A stretch of 64,000 bases of DNA from Lepidodermella squamata. Taxonomy: Eukaryota; Animalia; Gastrotricha. Where the stretch lies: the NCBI GenBank assembly GCA_047495785.1, contig JBLDXI010000017.1:2170001-2234000 (forward strand), written 5' to 3'. The notes under the pieces were generated by a model that saw only the letters and a program-made list of their open reading frames with translations, did not search any database and was not told the origin of the DNA. The position numbers and the translations under genes are program-made. Shown here piece by piece: positions 12,842-28,522 of the stretch. Each line of letters starts with the position of its first letter. The first letter of the stretch is position 1.

Positions 12842-13237
12842 ATGGCAGCCGGGATGGAACAAGTTCAAAAGCGCTGGCAAACTGAGGTTGATAAAATGAA
12901 GAGCATCCAGCGTGATATGCAGCGCCAAGCTGCGGCCCGGCAGCAACTCGAGGCTCAACTGCGCGAGAACAAGGCGGTTCTCGAGGAAATCGCGCCCCTC
13001 GCCAGCCAAAGCGACGCGAAGGTGTTCAAACTGATCGGCCCGGCGTTGATTCCGCAGTCGGCGGGCGACGCGAAGCAGACGGTTGAGAAGCGGTTACAGT
13101 ACATTGAATCTGAGGCGAAGCGAACCGATGCGCTGATTAGCGATGCGGATAAGAAGCAGACTGCTCAACGTGAAGTTTTGGCCAAGTTGCAGCAGCAGCT
13201 GCAGCAAGCTCAAGTGAAACAGGCCGCCAAGCAGTGA
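12842..13237 (+). CDS. PFDN6: Prefoldin subunit 6
   Basis: RQQLEAQLRENKAVLEE, VFKLIGPALIPQ, AKQTVEKRLQYI; coiled-coil beta-prefoldin. Confidence 0.93.
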   Translation: MAAGMEQVQKRWQTEVDKMKSIQRDMQRQAAARQQLEAQLRENKAVLEEIAPLASQSDAKVFKLIGPALIPQSAGDAKQTVEKRLQYIESEAKRTDALISDADKKQTAQREVLAKLQQQLQQAQVKQAAKQ

Positions 13238-13991
13238 GGCCGCGTTGTTTCTTCTGCCTGTGATTTTCTCGTTTGCTTCAACAGCCAGTCAGTCATGCAT
13301 ACTACTACGTCGTAGCTACCGAAATGACTTTTGTTTGCCTGTTCAAGTGTGATAAAGAAATATGAATAAAATATATATACCCGTGTTTGCAGAACTTTGA
13401 AAATCGAATAAAATCGAAGCACGATTCTAAAGTGGTTGATTTCTTCTATTTTTGTTCGGAAATGTTCCTTCAGGCCAAGCTGTTCTATGAGATCAGACGA
13501 TGCCGTATGCAATTTCGGAATTCAAGTTGAGTTGACAATCTGAACCAAACAACTTTGAGAGCTCTCAACTGATGGCAGAAAATGTTAGTAAGCTACCAAA
13601 AGAACACGATGGTAATGGTTCGGTAATTTTCGGTATATGTTATCAGCTTTAATCATCAGATTACTTCGGATTTTTCAATTTGTTTGACACGGAAGCTTAA
13701 TTTCGATTTGCGTGCATTTGAAGCAGCAATTGGCAACCGGCCAAATATCAGAAATGGTATCTGAAATTTGTTGGGTGAATAGAATATTTTTCACAGTCTT
13801 TCTATTGCAAGCTATTTTTGTTTCCGATTAAATACATTTTCACCTTTTCTTCGCAAAATGTTCACATTGTGAAATCTTACATCAGCAGCACGCCTCTAGA
13901 AATGTTGATTTTCAGTGGAAAAGATGAATATGAGTGGAAAGTTTTTTCTATAAGTATATAACCGCTTTTAAACACTGTTGCAACGACTTGT

Positions 13992-14007
13992 GGCTCTGAA
14001 AAGAGCC
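13992..14007 (-). terminator. Histone mRNA 3' stem-loop of H4
   Basis: Minus strand reads GGCTCT-TTTC-AGAGCC followed by ACAA, 60 nt downstream of the H4 stop. Confidence 0.95.
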
Positions 14008-14067
14008 GGTTAGTAGGCTGATCAAATAGGCGTTAACGAGCTATGGCATCAAATCCACCACGGGTGC

Positions 14068-15080
<1,013 letters not shown>

Positions 15081-15112
15081 ACAACACGTCTTCAGGCACA
15101 TAAAAACCGACC

Positions 15113-15128
15113 GGCCCTTTTCAGGGCC
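15113..15128 (+). terminator. Histone mRNA 3' stem-loop of H3
   Basis: GGCCCT-TTTC-AGGGCC followed by ACAA. Confidence 0.95.
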
Positions 15129-15299
15129 ACAAGTTATTGCAACAGTGTTTCATCAATTGTGTTCTTTCGCTCTCATTTTTAATTGCCACTAAGAAAATTC
15201 TCTACTTCGAAATTGACCGCTCTTCTATCGAGCGGGATCAACTGTCAAATTTACAAATAATAAACAATTCAACATTTTTATTAAAATGAAATCGCGAAA

Positions 15300-18200
15300 T
15301 CAGTTGCCGTAACAGGCTGGATATTTACAAGTGCTATCGGTTGAACCCATGCGGTGGAGCCGCAAAGCAAGGTTGCGAAGCCCTCTAGAGGCTGCGATTG
15401 TAATCGCCTTGGGTAATCCAGCCGTCATCTCCTGGACGTCGAGAATTGTGCTCTGATCGTTTTGCATCAACGTCTGAATATTGTCAAGCAGTGCTGACGC
15501 AGCGTCGTAACCATCCGTACGGTTGAAATTGCGAACAGCGATGATCAGCGCTGTTCGCCCGAAAGGGCCACGGTCATTCTGCATTTGAGTACTGGTTATG
15601 ATGTCGGTAAGCAAGGCAGTACAAGTTGGCCCGTCGTCGTTTTCCGCGGCCATCATCAATACATTCATATCTCGCGAATCGTGGAACGTCGTTATCGTGT
15701 CGTATTTCATGATCTCCTTGACCGCTTCGGTGTGGCGACGCGAAGCCGCATACATCACAGCCGACATGCCGGTGTTATCTCGCAAATTAGCTGAAGCATG
15801 GCCCACTTCGAACAGCAGTTGAATCATCTCTACTTTTCCACCCTTCGCTGCCATAATTAGCGCGGTCGTCCCGTTATCATCTTGCAAGTTTGCGCTCCAA
15901 CGGCTATGATCGAGTATCAACTGGAAATGATTAGTTCTGAATTTATGATCAAATTCCATCATTTTTCGATTCTTACCCGAGCAATGACGATATTGTCACT
16001 TAAATTCTCGTCTTTGACAGCTTCCATCAGAGGGGTTCGACCACCCTTGGCTCTCGCGTCAACATCGGCACCTTTTTCAAGCAACAGTTTCGCTATTTCT
16101 GCATTGTCCTGAGAGACCGCGTAGTAGAAAGCGGTTTGCATGTCAGCACCTCTCATCTCCAAGAATTCTGGCGTTATGCTGTCAAGGGCGAGTATTGCCT
16201 TGACATTCTCGGAATTTCTCGCATATAGCGCCATTATCAACGCTGTGGCGTTTTTTTTGTCGCGTTCATTCAACGAAGCTCCTCTTTCGACAAGGAACGG
16301 AATTATAGACGAATCTTCCAAAGTAAAAGCAGCCGCCATTAAAGGCGTCATCCCATCGTTATCAGCTGCATTCAAATCAACCCGGGGGATGTTAGCAATG
16401 TTCCGAACAGAGTAGGTCTCAATCGGCCCGATTAGGATCGCGTACAACAAGGCAGTACGGCCCTCTGAATCTCTAGCATTAATCGGCACCGATAGCTTGA
16501 TCAATTGATGGACCGGGGTGATGGTGAATGACTCATCGGAAATCTGACTACGTGCTGCCCACATCAAAGTCGTGGCTCCCGCTGCATCGGTCGCATTCAC
16601 ATCAGCCCCAGCATCGATTAAGGTTGAAAAAATTTGATTATCCATCGCAAGCTCTTGAACTGTACTTGCCCATAGGCTGCTTCCTGCTATCATTAGAACA
16701 GTTGCATTATCACTACTTCTGCTGGCATTAACATCGGCACCAGCGCTTAATAAGACATCCAATCTATCCGCAATTGAATCGTCCTGCCCATAATGGACGC
16801 AATGCATAAGGGCTGTTTCACCGTCGTTGTTGCGAGCATTGACATCAGCGCCGTTGCTCAGAAGCGCTTGCAAGATCGAAGGGGACGTGGATCTTGCCGC
16901 TAGCATCAGTGGAGTGTCGCCCTGTTTATCAGCAGCCGTCACATCAGCGCCTGCATCCAGCAAAAGCTGAACAGCGTCGAGGCTGCCGAACTTTGCCGCT
17001 AAATGCAGAGGGGTTCCGTCAGTCACGTCCCGTGCGTTTACAGTAGCGCCGCGCTTTATCAGAAGCCGAGCTACAGCCCGGGATTCATCACTAATATAAC
17101 CATATCTGGGGTCTTTGAACAGCCATATTAACGGTGTTTGGCCCTCGTGGTCTTCGGCATCTACGTTGGCACTGGCATTTAACAAGATGTCAGCTGTGCC
17201 AACTTGTCCCAATTCCGCAGCCAGGTGAAGAGGTGTTGCGCCTGTCGCTGGAATTCGATCATTTACAGAAGCGCCATGTTCGATGAGAGCCTTTAAAAAG
17301 ATGGATATCTTATTACGTGTTAATTAGAGACCCATTAAAAGTGGAAAACCCTTTATTCTTCTGGGTTTCCATCGCTTCATCGCTTGGGGAAGTCAGATAA
17401 TTGATAAAGATCGCATACTTTTCGTGCAAAGATATTTCTGAAAATTAAAGATTCGCAAATAAATGCTTCATAGTCTTAGGTCATTATGACCAAGCTTTCG
17501 CCCTTAGCTGCTCTCGAATTATTGGTTTGCTCTGAGCAATGTTTTTAAAATGACTTCTTACGCAACTTTCCCCTTACTTTCAGTATGTCAGGATTGTAAT
17601 TGCCGCGAGATATAGTTGCTGCAAGAATGCCTCGCCCGGTTGAATCGCGCTGTCTCACGTTGGCTCCGCGATCTAACAATAACTGAGTCAAATCTGCGTT
17701 CCCGTTCGCTGCCGCCAACATTAACGGCGTCGCTCCAGGCCCATCTGCCCCAGGCAAGTCAAACTCTGCACCGAGGTCTATCAGACGCCTGGCAATGTTC
17801 ACTTCATCCCCTTGCGCACTTGCCGCTGCCTCGATAGGTCGAACACCTTGATAAACCCGTGTATCTGGCGCATTGGGATCTGCACCTCGCGACAACAGAT
17901 GTTCGGCAATATCGCTGCTGTTGTTCAAAATTGCAGCGATTAAAGCTGCAGATTTCGCTTTTGCTCCAGCATCTAAAATCATCGTCAGAGCTTCTTTATT
18001 CCCGAAGGCAGCTGCTTCATGAAGTGCCGTAGCATTGTTTTTGTTTTCCAGATCAACCTGGATACCTGGAGTCGCAACTAACTGAGATATGGATCCTGTA
18101 TCGGTGAGTCGAGATGCGAACATCAGCGCTGTCATACCGTCAGAATCTTTCGCGTTAACATCAGCTCCAGCTTGAACCAGAGCTCGCACCGAGCCCTGAT

Positions 18201-20760
18201 TTCCATTCAGTTTAGCCGCCTGTATCAAAGCCGTGGAACCATTTAAACCTCTTGCGTTCGTGTTAGCGCCGATATCTATCAATCGCCTGACAACATCTTT
18301 GTAACCAACTGCTGCCATCAACGGCGTTACCATGCCGAAAGTGGGCATGTCATACAAAGCTCGAGCGATAAGTAGAGATTTAACAGCGGATTCAGCTCCA
18401 TTAGCAGCCGCGTACCACAAAGGCGTTGCTCCACTGTAATCACGACTGTTGACCGGAGACCCGGCGTCGATTAGCAGCTGCATCAAATCGACTGCATCAC
18501 TTTCAGCCGCGTAATGAAGGGGCGTATAGCCTTGACTGTCTTTCGCTGACAGTAAAATTCGAGTATTATTTCGCGACAAAATGAACCTGGCAACGGTTAC
18601 ATTGCGGCTAGTACTCGCCAAGTAAGTCAGTAGGGTCGATGAGTCCCCGTAACGTGCTACGTTCAAGAAGTCAACTCCAAGATCAAGCATATTCCCAATT
18701 ACATAAGTATCATTGACGTCAACAGCAGCAGGATAATACGTCTGAAGATCCTCGCAGGCTGGGCCAGCTAACGAGAAACTAAAAAATTTATCAGCGCATT
18801 GTAGAGCTCTCAGACACTCGTGGCATTTTGTTTTAATTGAGAGCGAAATCATACAAGAATCGCCAACTGCAGTCGAGCAGAATAGCAAATTGGCCAATCC
18901 TATATGCCGGTTGACAATCGCCAGCTCCCACGGATCACTTGACATAAATCTGTACGAACTCTTACCGCCATATTGCAGCAACATCTTCGCAATATCGACG
19001 CGGCTTGGTGAATTATCACAGCTGTAAAGGGCTAGAATTTCCATACATGATCCTTCTGTAATTGTTACGTTGACGCCAGGGCAAATGCCATTGCTACTGT
19101 GCTGTCTATCATCTAGCCAGAATGGATCGAAAATTTCCTTTGATCCTTTGATTCGATCAATGACATTCACTGCCATGCTGAAGTTAGCAGTTTTACAAGC
19201 ATCTATCAGTTGATGGTACAGATCGAATTGCGAACAACGAAGATCGGCATTTGTCCAGAAAGGTGGAGGAATCACATAGGAGCATTCAGTAAAATTTCCT
19301 CGATATGGCTTGAAACCAAGATCACATATTAAAGCACGCCGGGTTCCTATAAGGAAGCTACCCGGTTCGACATGGCCGTTTTTCACATCATTCAAGGGTC
19401 TGCAATTCATCGCTTCTTCCTCAGTTGTAGTTGAAACAAGTCGCCGCGTCGTGAAAATCCCGCTTTGCCTTCGTGTTGTAGCTCGGCTTGTAACGGCTGT
19501 AGTGTTTCTTGATCCTCCCTGGGATATTGTTTCATTTATCCACGATAGCGCCACGCAGACACGAGCGTAAACTCCCGGCGGCGGGTTTGGGATTCCGCAA
19601 GCTCTGGCACCGTAAGAAACTACTCCAACCGCAAAATATCTGCCACCCGAGTAGCACATCAAAGGTCCACCACTGTCGCCTTGGCACGCGTCTAGCCCCG
19701 GCGTAGTCGAACCAGCGCAAAATTGCGCTGCACTTACGTTCCGGTAACCGCCTAATTGTTCGCACATATCGCGCGAATATCCGGTTAAATCAACGGATTT
19801 CAACGCATTAGACAGTTGCTGATTTTCAGTCTTGCCCCAGCCTGCAACCGTGAATTCCTGACAGCCTTCAAGTTTCGGATCATTTTTAAGAGCCTGGCGG
19901 TCTCTGTAAGTTGCGCAAGTTTTTTCCCAAGTTGCTGGCAGACAGATGGGTCGGACGTAGTCGGAAAAAATGAGCGGACGAATTAGCTTGACCAAGGCGA
20001 AGTCGTATTGATACGTTAAAGCCTTGTTATCGTACTGAGGATGAACATAGTATGTATTTGTGGTACTTCTCTGCTCGTGGTTCGACTCCTCAGCCGCTGA
20101 GAAATTAGTTCGGCCAGTAAACACATTTATCCTGTAATTTTCAAAATTAAATTTCGTCGATTCGAATTATGTAATTATTTACGCGATGATTTTGCGGCTA
20201 ATATCAGGCACAAGACAATGTGCTGCTGTAAGTACCCAATTGGCATCGATTATACTGCCACCACAGTTTTCACGCGTTTTCTCTTCCTCGTATTGAATCT
20301 CCAATTTAGCCATCCAGGGGTACTCGCCATCGTAGGCATGAGATCCACCGCTGATTTTTGGCGTGGATGGGGCAGGCCTTGAAACTTGACCACACTGATG
20401 CTGAAAAACGACTGTAATTTCTGGGTTAGAAAAGTCAAAATTACAAGTATTTCCATTACTTTGCTGAGGTTGACAAGGACTGAGACTTGGGTCGAAGTGC
20501 CCCTCGGCCCAGTCGTCGTCGCTGTCGAGAATGCACACCCTGGGAAGAGCGGATGGTTCATCCAACAGGAAACCGGTTCGACAGACTATTTCGACCGAGA
20601 CACCGCCAGAAATTCGCCTCCCCTCTGTCAGCGAAGTTCCATTCAGTAACCGAAGCCGCCCGTTGAACAGAGTTGGGACCAAACAGCCCAGCTGAGCCGA
20701 GACTGAGGCGAATTTGGCTAGTGAAATGAATAATGCTATAACACTGGCAAGACTTGTCAT
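15300..20760 (-). CDS. Secreted CCP-trypsin-CCP-ankyrin-repeat protein (4 exons, 1688 aa)
   Basis: Exons 20760-20183, 20131-17578, 17290-15977 and 15920-15300 join in frame across GT-AG introns (5067 nt). Signal peptide, CCP module, CG...K|ISGG activation site, TAAHC / YDFAL / DACQGDSGGP triad, S/T linker, second CCP, then about 25 or more GxTPLHxAA-type ankyrin repeats. Confidence 0.88.
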
Positions 20761-21895
20761 GTATTCCGTTTTTGTCGACTTTGTTATATTTTACATATGT
20801 AAACTGAAAAGCATCAACTGCCACGTTCGTCAGTTTAAATCGTAAAACCTGTGATATCTACACACGACTATATGGTAACATTTAAGCCTATCAACGGGAA
20901 ATAATGAAGAACAAATATGACTCACATTTATAAGCAGATGATATAAGCAGATTTAATTCAGGATAATGGAGCGCTTATTTCATTATTCAAGAAGGTAAAT
21001 AAATTATCTGTGAATCATTTTTGAAAAATCCACCCAATTTTTTGAATTTCAAAGCGAGCTTTTACTGAGAAAACCCCAGAATGACGACGGAGCTTGGGAA
21101 ACTTGGAAAACTTGGGAACCAGCCAAGCACAACCACAGCACAACAGCTAGTTCGTCGTCTTCTTCCTCATCAACTCATTCAGCAATCGGTCAACCGCAAA
21201 ATGGCGGCAAACTTTTATGCTGAAGTCATGGCTTAAATTTTGATTTCAACTTCCTGATAAGGTACGTGAAAAATCACTAGTTTCGAGATTGTCACACAAC
21301 CTGTAAAACAATAACCTTGGAATATCCATCTTAGCTTTGATTTAGTGTAGATTTAGCAGGAAAGTAGCATTAAAGCCACTCGCCGTGATAGTTCGGGCTC
21401 AGAAACGAACCTATATCGATTATTTATGGAATTTCATAACGATTTTTTATTGAGAAGACAAAATATTATAATAACAACCATAGGAAACAGAAAACAGAAG
21501 TACGCAGAGCACGTATTGTAACCAGCTGCTCCTTTGGGGGGAAATTATTTCAAAGCGTTCTCTATCTCCATAAAAAAGGGCTATAAAACGACCCACCCTT
21601 TGACGAAAAATTCGTCGAGAATGAGCTATTTTTGCGAAATTGTTGGCTTCAGGAGGGTGCCAAGGTCAGGCCGTTGCCTACATCGGCCTAACCTTTTGGA
21701 ATTTCAAGACCAGGTCTATTTACCCCAGACAAATGGGAGTTCGATTCAAAGTAGAAGAGCTGAAAGCAGAAAAAGTTGGTCTCGGTTCGTAACACTTGAA
21801 GTTCATTGCACAAAACTGCAATTTTTATTTATGTAACCTTATAGTAGGAACAATATTTGGCGAAGCATATGTCTTGTAAAACTCAAAAGGTTGAT

Positions 21896-22869
21896 TTAAG
21901 TCTGGGACTGAGGATGGCCGTTGCGCAAGAATGCCAGCAGTTGAGCTTTCTTATCGCCAATGGTATCATTTTGATCGAATTCCAGGTCGTAAAATCCGAG
22001 CAGTTGGTCGATACGAGCGGTTGGGAGTTTTAGAAATGCTGATTCAGAGACAGGTGGGTTTTCTGGGTACTTCATCTCCTTGTTTGCTGGAAACGTCAAC
22101 TGCCGCTGCGCACGTCGCATATTTCGAGTGTTTTGAGATACAGCATCGGAATGTTCCCTGTATAAAAAATCATCATTAAATTTGCGAATAACGAAAATCT
22201 TCGAAATTAATCAAGTTGATCAATATTGATTTGACGATTAAAAAGGAACTTGAACAACCTACCTTTCTTCAACAATATCAGCCGTTCGACGCAAGAGCGA
22301 TTCCACTTTGCCAAGCGAGTCGGCAATTTTTTCTTGAGTCGTCTTGATCGCCACAACTTCCTTCTTCACGTCTTTGACTGCCGTTTTGATCGCGTTGTAA
22401 TCCCGCTGAATTTCTTCGACAGTTGTTTTCACCGAAGAAACGTCTTTCTCGACGTCTTTGAAAGCCGTTTTCAGCGTGGCGTTTTCCTTTCGGACTTCTT
22501 TCAGCTCTGCTTGCAACACAGCTTGATTAGCACTCATAGCTTGAATAATGGCTTGCGTGGCTGCCTCGATTTGCATGCTGATGCCGCGTTCGAAAGTGTG
22601 AGTGACTAGCAAGTCCAAATTCTCAATTGTTCCAGCTGGATGCGTGGCTTTCGAAAAAGAAAAGAATCGATTATATAGCACAGTTAAACTTATGAGGTGA
22701 CCCCAGTGCTGTAGGTCAACCCTCTTATATTGTACGTTCATTTCATACCTGATTGCAGTAGCATCAGCTTGAATGTTGCACCGACGAGCTTTGCGAGCTC
22801 ATGCGCCTCGCCATGTTGCGGCAATTCGGCCAAGCCTGCTTGCATTAGAACTTGATTGAGCTGATCCAT
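21896..22869 (-). CDS. Coiled-coil protein with a C-terminal Mug135_C (DUF1773)-like domain (3 exons)
   Basis: Exon 1 MDQLNQVL...LLQS (22869-22749); exon 2 heptad coiled coil with an internal 28-aa repeat; exon 3 ...PVSESAFLKLPTARIDQLLGFYDL...KKAQLLAFLR; junctions in frame. Confidence 0.6.
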
Positions 22870-23827
22870 AGTTAATTCTTGCAGAGAGTTACAGCTGTTG
22901 AAAGCTAGCGAGAAAAAAGCTGAGTTGATTCGCCAACGAAATTGAGGCTAAAAATTGTAAATGCAGAAAGATTGTTAATCGATCATTTTTGAGGTGGATG
23001 ACTTATTTTTTACGATTGTTCCAAAATCATCGTAGAAGATCACTTTTTCCGCTTGAGCAGGCTTGACCAGCTGAAATTCTGTAACCCTCATTTTCAATTT
23101 TCCGGATAAAGCATGCGAACTTTTCCAATGAAAAATTGCCTTTTGAATTCAACACCGTGCAAGAATTAACTGACCATTTTAAGAGAAAATGATTTTATTT
23201 CATACTGTTCTAGAAAAAACTTGAATATAAATGTTTCACGTTATTTTAGGGAGTTAGCTCTTATGGTCGTTAATTGCTGCGACTCGGCTAGCGTTCTTTC
23301 AGAAGCAAATCCTGAAAACTAGCAGCAACCAGAAAACACCGTAAACAGCTGCAACTCCGCATATTCCAAGAATGGCGAACACAGAGGCTAGAAGGTCATT
23401 CATCCTGGTTCGAAGTTGAAGCTGCACTGCTTGGATCCACTTCCGTTCTGCTTCGTTGGCTTTAAGCAAATGAACTTATACCGTAATGAGAATAATGTTA
23501 AAACTTGTGAGCAATCCGGTGAATAAAAAGCTACTATATAGAGTCACTTTAGTGATCTATTTGATACCCAAAATGATCTCCAAGAGTTGCCCTCGCGATG
23601 ATAGATTCGACCCACGTTGCGAATAAACGCAACAAGAAAGCTTGTAATTTTTTTTATTTTTTTCCTGTTTATAGCTACAAACTGTAAACAAAAAACCAAA
23701 ACTGCGTACGTGGCGAGCGCAAAAAAAATAACGAAAGGATGATGAAGTAGCTTTTATGCGATGAAAGGATTGATGAAATAATTGTTCACCGGTATGTGGC
23801 CTCCAGGTAAAAAGCTGAATTCGATTT

Positions 23828-24515
23828 TCAGTCTTCACCAGATAGCTTGTAGACCAGCATCAGCCGTGATCCAAAACTAGGCGACTCTTGCTCCGTCGAG
23901 CAATGCTGGCAAGATGCCACGATAAATGACCTAAAAAATTACCAATTAAAATTTCGCTCTAGAAATATTGCTTTTTCCTTACTTTAAAACGTCCTGCAGT
24001 GCGAAATCGTCAGCAGGTGTGAAGTTGTTAATCAACTCTTGCCTAGCATTGAACAGCCTCAAATAGCCACCAGTGAAAAAGCTGGGCAGGTACACATACA
24101 ACCAGCCGCAAGCATCAAACGGTGCCGATAATACATCTTGCCCGCTGAGAACGCAAATTTCCTTATCGAAACAGCTCTCAGCCGAACTTGAAAGTCGTAG
24201 ACACGTAAGAGAACATGTTATTTTAGGCGTTTGTAGCTTCATTTTAACGCGAAGCATTTCGAGCAAGTGGCTGCATGACGAATCGCTGAACATGTCGAGC
24301 CATGATCGGCTTTTGATAACCAGCTGGCGGCTTGTTTCCGGCCGGTCGAAGGCGGCGCAGATCTGGCGATGTGAGTCGTCATCGTAGGGAAATTTCAGGG
24401 TGAGATCACCCAGGGCTATGACTGGGATCATATTAACACCGGCCACGCAATACCGACCGCTGCATTCATCTTTGCAAAATCCGCTCGGATCACCATTTAT
24501 TTCGGCAGGAATCAT
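23828..24515 (-). CDS. Degenerate 2OG-Fe(II) oxygenase-like protein (2 exons)
   Basis: GWLYVYLPSFFTGGYLRL and the second exon ...SPSFGSRLMLVYKL resemble the GTLVVxLPSxHxGGxL...PVTSGxRLVLTYNL pattern; intron 23931-23983 keeps frame; HxD...H ligands not seen. Confidence 0.5.
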
Positions 24516-24861
24516 AATAAAAACCGGCGATGTAGTTGTAATTTGTGGTAAAGCTATATATTTCTAGTCAAGGGTCGCAGAAAGTACATGGGAAACGCAA
24601 CTAATTTGCATTTTGCAGAGCGTATAAATCAAGCGTAACCGTCCATTGTTTTTCCTGCTCTCTATACACTTTTTTATTTCGGGTAAATTATATGTCGCAA
24701 TCACATTTTCAGGCTGGCTGGAAAATAACAAATTAAAAAAAACAGGACGGCTTGCACCGGTTGCGGGTGTAGTTTTTGGCGAGCAGTGTGTATATTGTTT
24801 GGCTCGTATCGCGTGAATAAAATTGTGAGTGAAATTGAAATAATTGTGCCGTGCGTTCGTG

Positions 24862-28006
<3,145 letters not shown>

Positions 28007-28522
28007 TTTTCGTTAGATTCGAATAAATTAAATGTTGGTTATTTCCAATAAAAATTCTGCAGAATTTTCATGGTCTATAGAAGACACGTTTCTGTTAATA
28101 GATCTGCGCAACCTAGAGAATTAAGACATTAATAGCTGGAAAACAATTGTAATCAGCGCCGCCTTATCAGACGTACCTCACTCTAGGACGAATTTCCCTG
28201 TTAACTGAATAACTGCCATTTCCTGTTCTGAGAACATATGTAAATCTGAGAACACCAGGGCGGAAAAGATAAGGCCCATGATTGAGTTACCCATGCCAAG
28301 CGGCAGCAGGCGATAAGCGCCTTCATGTGTGCACATGATTGCACCACTTCAATAAGCTGAATCATCAATCTTGAATAAGTAATATTTTCAACTTTCAACC
28401 CATTAAAACTTTATTTTTATTCAAATAATTTTGGGATAAAAATTGCGATCGGAACTCGTCATTTTATTTCATTAACGTAGAAACGAAAATTGTTTTGAGC
28501 AAATTTATGAATAATCACCAAA

